Notes: a model not told the origin generated them from the sequence alone. DNA of 64,000 nt from an uncultured virus (IMG/VR IMGVR_UViG_3300013121_000021) (IMGVR_UViG_3300013121_000021); one strand, 5' to 3'; counted from the first letter of the stretch, positions 31,802 to 41,574 are shown. Translations and numbers: made by a program.

Positions 31802-32048
31802 CACTTTTATTCAATAAAGATCGTTACTCTTTATTCGGAATTACATCCAGCTTATAGTTACCTATAAGATTAGACTATCTCATCAACTTTATTATAGTTG
31901 CTCTGTCTTTCCGCTTACTTAAGCGTACAATTAGTCGTTACACCTTTTTGTAAAATTTACAAATTTGGCTCGGTATTAACTTTAATTAAGCTTTCTACCG
32001 AATTTACAGAGTTTTCATCTATAAATTACTTTATAGAGCCGCAATATT
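31802..32048 (-). mobile_element. Group I intron (247 nt, ORF-less) in recA/uvsX
   Basis: Exon ..CCGU pairs with GCGG; AAUUCGGU/AAUACCGAG, GUAACGACUA/GAGAUAGUC; family 3' end; terminal G; phase 0. Confidence 0.9.
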
Positions 32049-32402
32049 ACGGGCTTTAAAACCAATAACCTTATTAACATCTTCTGCTTCACTATCTTTA
32101 CTACTTGATGTTGAAGCTATTGAATCCCATACAAAAAGTAACTTAAATTCTCTATTTGTGGCTTCTTCTAAACGTTTTTTAACACTAACTAAATCTTCAA
32201 GAATATTAAATACTTGTTCAAGATTAGCTACAATAGGTTTATACATAAACCTATTATTATCAATATTAAAATCTACAATTCTTGAACTACCACCTTTATC
32301 TTGTACTGATGCTGCTGCATTTTCTATATCAAGATAAACAGCTACAGCATCTTCATTTTCTCTTAAAAATTGACTGCAAAATTGAAATGCAAAAGTCGAC
32401 TT
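32049..32402 (-). CDS. uvsX: RecA/UvsX-like recombinase, exon 2
   Basis: KST of Walker A, VYLDIENA, Walker B FVWDSIAS. Confidence 0.87.
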
Positions 32403-33382
32403 CATTTATATTCAAAAAAGTTCACTACACTTTTTCCGGAATTATATCCAGCTTATAGTTACCTATAAGATTAGACTATCTCTTCAGTTTAAAAACTGAT
32501 TTATACTTCGGCTATCAATCATTTATAGCCTACTCTACTCAAATAACTAAATTATATGGAGATGATGGATCTTGATATTGCATATTAAATTTATATTTCA
32601 TATCTTCAGGTACTAGATAGAAATATTTTTTCATTAAATTAAAGAATTTTTTAAATTCTGTTGCATTAAAATATATATAATTGTAAAATTTACCTGTGAC
32701 TTGTAAAGTTTGACCATATATTTTAACATCTAAATTCCATTTATCTTTAAATACTTTTTGAATTATTTTATGTTCATCCAATGAATAACATTGTGTAGAT
32801 AATCTAGCATGACGTTTAGAACCACGATCATCTTTATAAATACACAAAGAACCATCATCTAAATACCATAATAATAATCCAAAATCATGTAATTGATGTA
32901 ATCCATTTTCAGTAATTATTTTCTTACCGTTTTGATAAAAATCTTGCGATTCAAAAAAATCAATAATTGGTGGTTTTGCAGCAACATATGAACATAAATT
33001 TTGACCTAAAAACCCACCTTTATTTATTACATCATATTTACTATATTGATATATATTTAAATGAATATATAAATATTCTAAAAATTGAACATAATCATTT
33101 TGAAGTGAACTATGTTTATTGTGTATATATCTTGCATTCTGATATATTTTATGTCTTTGGTAATTTCCATCTCCATAAAAATTACCAAGTAAAATTTGAC
33201 ATTTCTCAAGATCAGTTAAATTATTAAACATTTTAGAGGAATTCTCCTACTTATTTTTTAGTTATTCTTTCGATAGTCGTTACACCTTCAACTATTATTT
33301 TGAATAATAGAAGCTTGGCTCGGTATTGTCCAAATTGGATATCTACCGAATTCATAAATTTTTATAGTCAAGCCAATCAATA
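32403..33382 (-). mobile_element. Group I intron (980 nt) in recA/uvsX carrying a LAGLIDADG endonuclease
   Basis: Exon GUCAGGU pairs with IGS GCUUGAC; family core and 3' end; splits Walker A STPESG|KST. Confidence 0.92.
32539..33231 (-). CDS. Intron-encoded double-motif LAGLIDADG homing endonuclease
   Basis: ILLGNFYGDG and GLLLWYLDDG motifs; AGGAG RBS. Confidence 0.88.
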   Translation of the reverse strand: MFNNLTDLEKCQILLGNFYGDGNYQRHKIYQNARYIHNKHSSLQNDYVQFLEYLYIHLNIYQYSKYDVINKGGFLGQNLCSYVAAKPPIIDFFESQDFYQNGKKIITENGLHQLHDFGLLLWYLDDGSLCIYKDDRGSKRHARLSTQCYSLDEHKIIQKVFKDKWNLDVKIYGQTLQVTGKFYNYIYFNATEFKKFFNLMKKYFYLVPEDMKYKFNMQYQDPSSPYNLVI

Positions 33383-33565
33383 ACCTGACTCGGGAGTACT
33401 AGATACACATACAGGTAAACTTGAACTTATTCCTCCACCTAATAAACAATCCAGGGTTCTAACCCCAAAAGGGGTTGAATAAGGAATGGGTGGAATAATA
33501 CCTCCAAATTTTTGAACTAAAACGGCATCAAATGCAGCTGCTAATCTTTTTGCGTCTTCAGACAT
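33383..33565 (-). CDS. uvsX: RecA/UvsX-like recombinase, exon 1
   Basis: TPFGVRTLDCLLGGGI and STPESG; spliced product 406 aa. Confidence 0.87.
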
Positions 33566-33590
33566 ATGATTTGCTCAATATATAATTGTT

Positions 33591-33785
33591 TTACCAGCCA
33601 ATTTCTTTACTAACTTTTGAATGATTTTCATCATCTATTCTTAATTCTTTCATTCTTTCAGCAAAGTATTCTCCTGACTCACCTTCGAATAAAGGATCAC
33701 CAATTGGAGAAAATCTATGTTTATATAATAATTGCGAATAAGTCATTTTGTCAATTTGTTGTTTTATATTTTCAGTAAGTTTCAT
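33591..33785 (-). CDS. Hypothetical protein (64 aa)
   Basis: Small ORF with plausible composition. Confidence 0.7.
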   Translation of the reverse strand: MKLTENIKQQIDKMTYSQLLYKHRFSPIGDPLFEGESGEYFAERMKELRIDDENHSKVSKEIGW

Positions 33786-33866
33786 AGTATAAAAATAGAA
33801 TTAAAAAATAATATTATAGTTTCTATATCAATTATATATATCTATATCAAATGTGAGCAAACACAA

Positions 33867-34376
33867 TTATAATTCATAAATTGGATCAGAATTTATAGCT
33901 TCTAATTCTTCTTGTATTGTATTTTTTGTTTCTGAATTACCAAACTGCAAACCTTTCATAGTCTCTAATAATTCAAGTTGAGATGGCATTAAATTCTTCA
34001 AATTTTTCATTTCAACTTCAATTAACTTAATCACTTTATAATTCAAATCATTTTGTTCTTTTCTATATTTATATTTTGTTTCTGCAAATCTATTATAATT
34101 ATCATAATACATTGATAATAGTTCTTGAGATTTGCTTAAAATTTGATATAATTTTGGCTTATCAGAACCTTGAGTATTTTTATTTTTCAATATTAATTCT
34201 ATTTGAGTAATTTGCGCTTCAATAACCATTATATGTTTTTGAATTTGCGATAACATTAATTCAATATTATTAATATCTTTTCGAAGATTATCAACATTAT
34301 CTTCGAATTTACTTTCAATTGTATCTGAAGGTAAAATAGTTTCTTCTAATTCATCATCATCTAAAAAATTTGTCAT
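33867..34376 (-). CDS. Coiled-coil hypothetical protein
   Basis: 169 aa, heptad-like; a terminase small subunit is possible but unsupported. Confidence 0.72.
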   Translation of the reverse strand: MTNFLDDDELEETILPSDTIESKFEDNVDNLRKDINNIELMLSQIQKHIMVIEAQITQIELILKNKNTQGSDKPKLYQILSKSQELLSMYYDNYNRFAETKYKYRKEQNDLNYKVIKLIEVEMKNLKNLMPSQLELLETMKGLQFGNSETKNTIQEELEAINSDPIYEL

Positions 34377-35551
34377 AATTGTCGAATATCGAAATCGATT
34401 TCAGATAAAATAATATTAAAAAAAGTATTTAATTGTATTAAAAAATTCACATTTTCAATATCCATTATTTCTAATGTTAATATGTCCATATATGAACCAA
34501 AACATAAAGAATTTGATATTTTTTTAGAAATATTATCTATCAATGGTAATAATATTGAATTAGAAATAGTTCCATTAAAATTAATATATAATACATCATG
34601 TATATTTTTTTGAACTTGTTTTAAAAATGTATCGCTAACTCTTTTATTATTATCAATATGAAGACATCTTAAAATTTTATATATTATTGGACATTTATTT
34701 TTAATAATATTTAAATTGATACATTTTTCAGAATTAGCTAATAAAAGTAATAATTTTGGATCTTCTAATGAATCTTTATTTAATATTATAGAATATATTT
34801 TTTGTAATTCATTTGATAAAATTTTATATTTAATACTATAATATTTATCATTTATATTTTTTAATGTAGTAGATTGATGACATAGTTGTAATATTTCAGA
34901 TATTTTAATTCCATTATTATACAATCTAGATCTTACAGATTGATTTATAAAATGTTCTTCTTTTGTTATAACTGGAGATAAATCAGATTCAATAAAACCA
35001 TCAGTTTTACTTTTTAAATAACTATAAAATAAATATCTTAATAATGAATCATAATATTCTCTCAAATTATTAATATCTAATGGATTATGTTCTCTAAAAA
35101 TTTTAAGAAAAAAGATATTTAAAATATCATTTTGAATAATATTTGGTTCAGAATTATAAAAAACTAAATAAAAATCTAATACATTTTCACAAGAACTTTT
35201 AATTTGATTGTAAATTGTTTTTATATCTCTTGATAATATTTTTTTACAACTATCAAATTTATTAACTAATACATTAATAATATTTGGTAAATAAAATTCA
35301 TTATTTATTTTATTTTGTTCATAATTATAATGTAAATCAAGATGATTAACTAATAGATTCGAAAATAAATATAATAAATAAAATTTTTGTATATCTACTG
35401 AACTTGTAGAAATTTCTAAATATTTAAATTGATTTAATTTTTCAAAAATAATATCTATTTTTTCCAAATCTATTAACACAGTTTCTTCAAAATTTGTATC
35501 AATAATACTATCAAAAATTATTAGTAAAGCATTTTGATCATTATCAAACAT
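34373..35551 (-). CDS. Hypothetical protein (392 aa)
   Basis: ORF coupled to its neighbours. Confidence 0.78.
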   Translation of the reverse strand: MFDNDQNALLIIFDSIIDTNFEETVLIDLEKIDIIFEKLNQFKYLEISTSSVDIQKFYLLYLFSNLLVNHLDLHYNYEQNKINNEFYLPNIINVLVNKFDSCKKILSRDIKTIYNQIKSSCENVLDFYLVFYNSEPNIIQNDILNIFFLKIFREHNPLDINNLREYYDSLLRYLFYSYLKSKTDGFIESDLSPVITKEEHFINQSVRSRLYNNGIKISEILQLCHQSTTLKNINDKYYSIKYKILSNELQKIYSIILNKDSLEDPKLLLLLANSEKCINLNIIKNKCPIIYKILRCLHIDNNKRVSDTFLKQVQKNIHDVLYINFNGTISNSILLPLIDNISKKISNSLCFGSYMDILTLEIMDIENVNFLIQLNTFFNIILSEIDFDIRQL

Positions 35552-36131
35552 GCATATATTGTTTTAAATAATTTGGAAAAAAATTTTTACCTAAATTCAT
35601 AAAGAAAATATTCTCATATAAATTAGGTACAAATTTACCTTCTAATGATACTGGATTTATAACATAATTACAAATACATTTGTATAATTTTCTAGTATAT
35701 ACATCTTGATTACTATCTCCTATTAATAAAATATTTATAAAAGGATCTATATTAAAATTACTATCTAATAAATCTTGAGTTTCTTGATTTAATATTATAG
35801 AATTATTTTCAATTGCATCTTGTTTAGTTTCTTCTAATGTTTTTACATATTTCATATTTAACGGCATTGTATTATGAGCTATATAATTTTCATTATAAAA
35901 TTCTATAATATAATGCCATGGCAATATATTATTTTCCCTTGCCGCAGGTGCATATAATTTAAAAAATTGATCTATTATTAATCCAACATTAGATTTATTT
36001 GTATCAATTTGTATTAATTTAATAGGGAAAGAAATATTATTATATGAATCTTGAATTAATACACCTAGTGGTCTGGGTGGCAATATGTAGTTATTTCTAA
36101 TTTGTTTTAATTTAGTTATATCAAATTGCAT
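35544..36131 (-). CDS. Hypothetical protein, weak amidase-2-like fold
   Basis: LPWHYII and INILLIGD resemble the amidase WHY..I.L.G pattern, but the first Zn-ligand His is not evident. Confidence 0.5.
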   Translation of the reverse strand: MQFDITKLKQIRNNYILPPRPLGVLIQDSYNNISFPIKLIQIDTNKSNVGLIIDQFFKLYAPAARENNILPWHYIIEFYNENYIAHNTMPLNMKYVKTLEETKQDAIENNSIILNQETQDLLDSNFNIDPFINILLIGDSNQDVYTRKLYKCICNYVINPVSLEGKFVPNLYENIFFMNLGKNFFPNYLKQYMHV

Positions 36132-37301
36132 TTATATTGGACAGACAAAATTATCAGGTCTAGTTACTTTAGTTGGATTACCGGTACAACCATCATCCAT
36201 ATTAACATAAGTAGCTCCTTTACACCAGAAATATGTTAATACATCTCCAGGACCAGTTGCATGGTGAGTTTTTAAACCACCGACATCAGAATCCCAACAA
36301 GCTCCTCTTCCACCTCCAGTTGGAGCTGTAATTTTAGCTAACCAATCATCCATTCTATCTTCAAAATCTTTATCTTCTTTATCTTCTGGTTTATCAAATG
36401 GTCCATTAGCACATGATAATCCCATTCCTTTATTTTCTTCAACTGTCCCTGCTGCGACTGCATTCCTTGTCATAAATACTTCTCCATCTAAACAAATAAT
36501 AGGAGCTTCTAATCTAATAATATTTTTTGCTTTAAGTGTAATAAATGGTAATTCTGTATAAAGATCGATACCTAAATAATGAAATTCTAAATGATTTTTA
36601 AAATTTCTATCATCTATTGCTAACCCATTATCACCAGTGGTTGTTATTTTTTTACCTTGAATTACTTTTTGAAATTGTGTATTTTGAACATCTTCATAAA
36701 CTGTAAACATACTCATGTTTTTATTTTTAAAAAGCATAGTATATTTATCTCTATCGTTTGGGTCTAATTTTTGTCCAGCTATATTTGTTGGTGGAGTGGT
36801 TATCGATGGTCTTTGAGATGGTGAACCACTATTATTACCTCCTGCACCAGTTGCAGAATCAGTTCCAGATGAACTATTTATAGATGCAGCTTCCGATAAT
36901 GATTGAGAGGAATTCGAAGAAAATAAATTTCCAGCAGCACTATTAATATCAGTTCCATTACCTGAAGTATCAGACCCAGATCCAGAACCACCAGATGATG
37001 AACTGGACATACTTATAACTGTTCCTGGAACAATACCAATTATATATCCAGTATTATAATCTTTATCATAAAATTCTACGGCAACAGCAGTTCCTTCTTG
37101 TAAAGGCATATATTGCCCATATGAACTATTATCTTGTAACCAATAATATCTATCAATTTGATTCCAACAAATTAAAGTTCCATTATATTGTAATAGGTTT
37201 GGAATATAAACATAATACCGATCCCCAATAGTATCTATTTTTCCAGTTATTAAACCAATATATTTTTCAATATGATCGTTAGATCCTAAACCATAATTCA
37301 T
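36132..37301 (-). CDS. Putative baseplate central spike (gp5/gpV OB-fold-like)
   Basis: YVYIPNL..GQYMPLQEGTAVAVEF..GYIIG OB-fold pattern, Ser/Gly linker, beta-strand-like C-terminal part. Confidence 0.6.
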   Translation of the reverse strand: MNYGLGSNDHIEKYIGLITGKIDTIGDRYYVYIPNLLQYNGTLICWNQIDRYYWLQDNSSYGQYMPLQEGTAVAVEFYDKDYNTGYIIGIVPGTVISMSSSSSGGSGSGSDTSGNGTDINSAAGNLFSSNSSQSLSEAASINSSSGTDSATGAGGNNSGSPSQRPSITTPPTNIAGQKLDPNDRDKYTMLFKNKNMSMFTVYEDVQNTQFQKVIQGKKITTTGDNGLAIDDRNFKNHLEFHYLGIDLYTELPFITLKAKNIIRLEAPIICLDGEVFMTRNAVAAGTVEENKGMGLSCANGPFDKPEDKEDKDFEDRMDDWLAKITAPTGGGRGACWDSDVGGLKTHHATGPGDVLTYFWCKGATYVNMDDGCTGNPTKVTRPDNFVCPI

Positions 37302-38245
37302 ATTAGTTTTTGAAATGCTACTTTAGAATAAAATATTGAAAGAGACGATTCAATTTTAGATTGTGAGGTTCTATTTATAAATAACGGCGAATAATAATCA
37401 CATGGATATTGTGATAAAATTGAACATGCAATTAAATTACCAATATCTGAAGTAATTAATAATACCCCAATAGTTTTAATTGATAATAATAAATTATATA
37501 ATAATTGATTTGGTGGTTCGAAAGTTATTTTAAATTCAGCTAATAATTTAATTATATCTTTAATTTCAGAATATTTAGTTATATTAGAATTTTTTATTGA
37601 TGATTTAAATTCAGAATAATAATCTTTTGATATTAATGATTCACATTTTTCAATCGATAATACATCATTATATTTATAATAACATTTATAATACATAACC
37701 CCAACTATAAATTTTAACAGTTCGATCTGTTTATCATTTAACATTGGTAGTTTAAGATTTTTCATAAATAAATATGAAATATATTCTATCAATAAATTAT
37801 TTAATTCAGTATTTCTTTCTATATCTTTAGAAAATATTTCAGTTATCGCACGTATAAATTGAAAGTAAATTATATAATTGATATTTTCAGGATCATATAA
37901 TTCTCCTGTTTTAAAATCCATATCCAAATTATTTACATTTAATACTATTGCTGATATTTTATCACCTTCAGTAGCGTAAGTTCCTAATATAGCGTTATTT
38001 GCTTTTGAAAGCATTCCTAAATAAATAACATCCTTATTCAATAACATTGAACAAATAGATGAAGATTGGTTTTTAATTTTTGATAAATATACAGTTAATT
38101 TATTGAAAAAATTAGTATATATTTCTTCAGATTCTTTATTTTTAATTAAAACTAAAGTATCTTTTTCAATCATACCAACTGGGGATGAATCAACCAGTGA
38201 TTTTTTTCTTGATATATTTGATAATTGAACTAATTTTGTACTCAT
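37298..38245 (-). CDS. Hypothetical protein (315 aa)
   Basis: ORF coupled to its neighbours. Confidence 0.78.
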   Translation of the reverse strand: MSTKLVQLSNISRKKSLVDSSPVGMIEKDTLVLIKNKESEEIYTNFFNKLTVYLSKIKNQSSSICSMLLNKDVIYLGMLSKANNAILGTYATEGDKISAIVLNVNNLDMDFKTGELYDPENINYIIYFQFIRAITEIFSKDIERNTELNNLLIEYISYLFMKNLKLPMLNDKQIELLKFIVGVMYYKCYYKYNDVLSIEKCESLISKDYYSEFKSSIKNSNITKYSEIKDIIKLLAEFKITFEPPNQLLYNLLLSIKTIGVLLITSDIGNLIACSILSQYPCDYYSPLFINRTSQSKIESSLSIFYSKVAFQKLI

Positions 38246-38586
38246 ATTCTAGGCATTATTAAAATATTTGTTATTGCCATTTTGGTAGGTGCAACTATTT
38301 TTGAATTCATCATTTCTCTTGTAAATTCAAAAATAGATCTTATATTATTCGTTAATAAAATTATAGGATATAAAGTAGGATTTTCATATTCATCTAAACA
38401 AAATTTCTGAGGATTTTTATCCCAAACATGTTTATTAAAATCTTTTTGTTTTGAATTTTCTACTAAATATTCTTTATTACGAAAAAATACATTTTGATGT
38501 AAAGGTTTTGAAAATTCATATAAAATTACTTTACTATCAATAGTTATTATATCAAATTCTTTAAGTAAATTTGCGGTTGTTGTCAT
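38242..38586 (-). CDS. Putative baseplate wedge protein (gp53/LysM-like)
   Basis: PQKFCLDEYENPTLYPIILLTNNI matches the gp53-type pattern. Confidence 0.6.
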   Translation of the reverse strand: MTTTANLLKEFDIITIDSKVILYEFSKPLHQNVFFRNKEYLVENSKQKDFNKHVWDKNPQKFCLDEYENPTLYPIILLTNNIRSIFEFTREMMNSKIVAPTKMAITNILIMPRI

Positions 38587-38605
38587 TTTTGGTTTTTCAT
38601 AAAAA

Positions 38606-38619
38606 TATATAGATATTAA
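38606..38619 (+). promoter_or_regulatory. Candidate phage promoter TATATAGATATTAA
   Basis: In the divergent intergenic gap, oriented toward the + strand operon. Confidence 0.5.
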
Positions 38620-38652
38620 TTAATTGTATTTCATCTATTCTAACTAATAACA

Positions 38653-39024
38653 ATGATTAATATTTTTTTAAAATATAGTAATAATGTTCCATTTATTCAA
38701 GTTATAGAATTAAATGATTTATTTGGGGATTCTTATTCAATATATATAAAAAGTTTAAATATAGTTATTTTTAATCATGCAATTAAAGGATTTTCAAATA
38801 TTTCACAACAAGATTATGAAAAAATAATTAAAAAATCTTGGAAACAAAATGATTGGTTTAATTTAATTATACATAATAAAGAAAATATAAAAATTAACTT
38901 TTTAGATGATGAAATAAGAATATGTAAATTAATTAGTTATTATCCTGATAAATTATTCACAAATGATGAAAAATTATCAGTAATCCAAAAAGGATCTATC
39001 TCATTTATTGAAGTAACAATATGA
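38653..39024 (+). CDS. Hypothetical protein (123 aa)
   Basis: First gene of the + strand block; ATGA overlap with the next gene. Confidence 0.7.
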   Translation: MINIFLKYSNNVPFIQVIELNDLFGDSYSIYIKSLNIVIFNHAIKGFSNISQQDYEKIIKKSWKQNDWFNLIIHNKENIKINFLDDEIRICKLISYYPDKLFTNDEKLSVIQKGSISFIEVTI

Positions 39025-40193
39025 ATCAATTTGAAAACACTATATCTATCCATGATGCAATTTTAGATGTTCGTGGATTAGTACACATGCAGTTTCAACA
39101 TGGGATTGGTGGAAATGTAGCCTATCCTATTTTAATTGGTAATCCAGGAATTGCTAAAACGGCACTTTGTGTGCAATATTTTTCAGGAGATACCAATTTA
39201 ATAATTAGTGATTTTCCACATCTACCATTAGAAGAAGTAGGTGGAATGCCAATTATAGAAGATCTTGAATTAAATGGACATAATTTTAAAAAAACTAGTT
39301 GGACTATCCCAAGTTTATTAGCGGAAGTATATGAATCAATTAAAATAAAACCAACAGTATTATTCTTTGATGAAGTTGATAAATGTGATCAATCTCATCA
39401 AGATTTATTAGTAAGTATTTTAAATGGTAAATTGAGAGGGTTTAATTTACCAAAACAAAATTTTGCAATCATTATGGCTGGAAATGGATCTAGTAGAGCT
39501 GGATCCAAAATATTATCTTCTATTTTAACAAATAGAAGTGCAATGATTCCAGTTCATATGGATTTTAAATATTGGAAACAAAACTTTGCAATTCCAAATG
39601 AAATTAACAATAAAATTATATCATTTCTTTCAAATGATAGATATTTAAAATATTTTTCAATGGAAGAAATGGTTAATCGTCCTTGGGCTTCTCCAAGATC
39701 ATGGACTCGATTAGCAACATTCCTATCATTAAAAGAACAATTTATTGGACAATTAAATTTCCAACAAATTTTATCAACAGTTGAGTCATTTGTTGGATCT
39801 GAAGCTGCTTCTGATTTTGCAGCATATTATAAATTGTATACTGAAACTGAAATGGACAAAGTTTTTGAAAAAAGAAAACAAATTCAAATACCTTCAGATT
39901 ATACAGAACAGTATACATATATATTAGCAGCAGTATCAGAATTTTTCAATAAATTAAATGATGAAAAAGAAAAAGATAATAATTCTATATTTGATATTAT
40001 GTCAAATATAATTGTCGGTATTGCAAGTAAATCCTCTGAAATTGCTATTACTGGTATGAGAGAAATTGTTACTATTGATAGCTTTTCTAAAAAAAGGAGA
40101 AAAATTGCTATTTATTCTGAATTGAGGAGAAGAATTTCTACTTTAAATCCAGAAGTAGAACAAAAAATAACAAAAGACATCGAATTATTGTAA
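39021..40193 (+). CDS. MoxR-like AAA+ ATPase
   Basis: GNPGIAKT, LFFDEVD, IMAGN, LTNR and WASPRSW motifs. Confidence 0.88.
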   Translation: MNQFENTISIHDAILDVRGLVHMQFQHGIGGNVAYPILIGNPGIAKTALCVQYFSGDTNLIISDFPHLPLEEVGGMPIIEDLELNGHNFKKTSWTIPSLLAEVYESIKIKPTVLFFDEVDKCDQSHQDLLVSILNGKLRGFNLPKQNFAIIMAGNGSSRAGSKILSSILTNRSAMIPVHMDFKYWKQNFAIPNEINNKIISFLSNDRYLKYFSMEEMVNRPWASPRSWTRLATFLSLKEQFIGQLNFQQILSTVESFVGSEAASDFAAYYKLYTETEMDKVFEKRKQIQIPSDYTEQYTYILAAVSEFFNKLNDEKEKDNNSIFDIMSNIIVGIASKSSEIAITGMREIVTIDSFSKKRRKIAIYSELRRRISTLNPEVEQKITKDIELL

Positions 40194-40200
40194 ACCAAAT

Positions 40201-40244
40201 AATTGCTGGGAAGAATTTTTATTCTTTCCAGCAATTTTCTTTTT
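40201..40244 (+). terminator. Terminator-like hairpin between the AAA and VWA genes
   Basis: TTGCTGGGAAGAAT/ATTCTTTCCAGCAA stem followed by TTTTCTTTTT. Confidence 0.65.
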
Positions 40245-40256
40245 AAATATTGTACT

Positions 40257-41570
40257 ATGGAAACTAAAGAAAAATTCGATAAAGCTAATCATTTATTAAA
40301 AGTATGTCGTTTAAAATTAATGAATATTGCAGAATTACGTATATATGGATGCGTAATTTATAGATTTCATATTGAAATTATCGAAAGTAATGAAATTGAA
40401 ACTGCAGTATTTACATTTGTAAATAATATTCCAACTATTTTATTAAATGTTGATTTTGTTTGTAGAATAAATTCTGTTCCAAAATTACAATTTATTTTAA
40501 TTCATGAATTAATGCATTTCTTATATCAATTTTTCTCTCGTGTAAGAGATCGAGATCCAAACATTTATAATTTAGCTCAAGATCATGTAATAAATAATAT
40601 TTTAATACATGATGCATTACATTCATTAAAGAATCATATACAAATTCCAAGTCCAGAATCTAATCCATTTATTATCGAAGAATTAAAATCACAAGATGTA
40701 TCTTCAGAAGAAGCGTATGATTGGTTAATGCGTGAAAAAGTAATTCAATATATAGTTGATGCTTCTTCAAATACAATTACTATTAAAATGCCTGGAAAAG
40801 GTGAACAAACTTATGAACTAGATTATAAATCTGCAGATAATAATGAAAATTCTAATGGGCAAGAAAATAATAGAGAAATTGAAAATTTAATTAATGAAAT
40901 TAGAGCTGAAATTAGAGCAGCAATCGATAATAATTTATGTAATAATAGAGGAACTGAAAGTTCAAAACTATTCGAATTTATAGATAAAATTACAACTGTA
41001 GAAATTCCTTGGGATAGAATAGTTGAAAATTGTATTAATTCAACTATGACATTATCTCCAGATAATCGATCTTGGAAATATATAAATAAAAGAATGGCAT
41101 TTTATGGATTTTTAATGCCATCTAAAGGATTTGTAGAAAAAAAGGATAATTTATATATTGTTGTAGACACATCTGGTAGTATTTCAACTAAGGATTTATC
41201 TAAATTTTGTGATATTATTGAAAAAAGTTTAAATCATTTTGAAAATATAAAAATTATTCAACATGATGCTAAAGTTACACATGTTGATGAATTAAATCAT
41301 TCTGAATTTATCGCAAGACGAAATGATATATTTAAAATGTATGGTAGAGGAGGAACATCACATGATGATGCTTTTAAATTAATCGAAGAAGATTATGTCG
41401 AATCATCACCAATTGGAATGATTTTATCATTAACTGATTATGAAAGTGATATTGAACATATTTGGTCTAAATTTAAATGGAAAGATGAAATTCCTTTTAA
41501 ATTAATTATAAATAGACAAAATAAAAAAGTAAATCCAATTATTGATAAATCACCAATTGTAATTAAATAA
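40257..41570 (+). CDS. Metallopeptidase-like/VWA domain protein (DUF2201-type AAA partner)
   Basis: HELMH, YNLAQDHVIN, VDTSGS (MIDAS), GRGGT and LTD motifs; start at ATG 40257. Confidence 0.85.
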   Translation: METKEKFDKANHLLKVCRLKLMNIAELRIYGCVIYRFHIEIIESNEIETAVFTFVNNIPTILLNVDFVCRINSVPKLQFILIHELMHFLYQFFSRVRDRDPNIYNLAQDHVINNILIHDALHSLKNHIQIPSPESNPFIIEELKSQDVSSEEAYDWLMREKVIQYIVDASSNTITIKMPGKGEQTYELDYKSADNNENSNGQENNREIENLINEIRAEIRAAIDNNLCNNRGTESSKLFEFIDKITTVEIPWDRIVENCINSTMTLSPDNRSWKYINKRMAFYGFLMPSKGFVEKKDNLYIVVDTSGSISTKDLSKFCDIIEKSLNHFENIKIIQHDAKVTHVDELNHSEFIARRNDIFKMYGRGGTSHDDAFKLIEEDYVESSPIGMILSLTDYESDIEHIWSKFKWKDEIPFKLIINRQNKKVNPIIDKSPIVIK

Positions 41571-41574
41571 TGTT

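Noticed and set aside
31802..32405. In-frame ATG/GTG at the 3' ends of both recA introns as independent starts
   Set aside because: They arise from the conserved ..UG intron end at phase-0 insertions; sibling introns give out-of-frame ATGs, and no RBS is evident.
11930..33382. Repeated intron 3' block as CRISPR repeats or an IStron/IS end
   Set aside because: Copies are dispersed, not regularly spaced. No TnpA/TnpB is present, and the 5' flanks (AGGGT, TCGCT, CAGGT, CCCGT) share no target motif beyond the splice-site U.
11017..33565. terL and recA fragments as pseudogenes, frameshifts or stop-codon recoding
   Set aside because: Every break is explained by a group I intron with P1 pairing and a terminal G whose removal restores the frame; other genes are intact in the standard code.
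33867..34376. Terminase small subunit
   Set aside because: Only size and coiled-coil character fit; no recognisable motif and not adjacent to terL.
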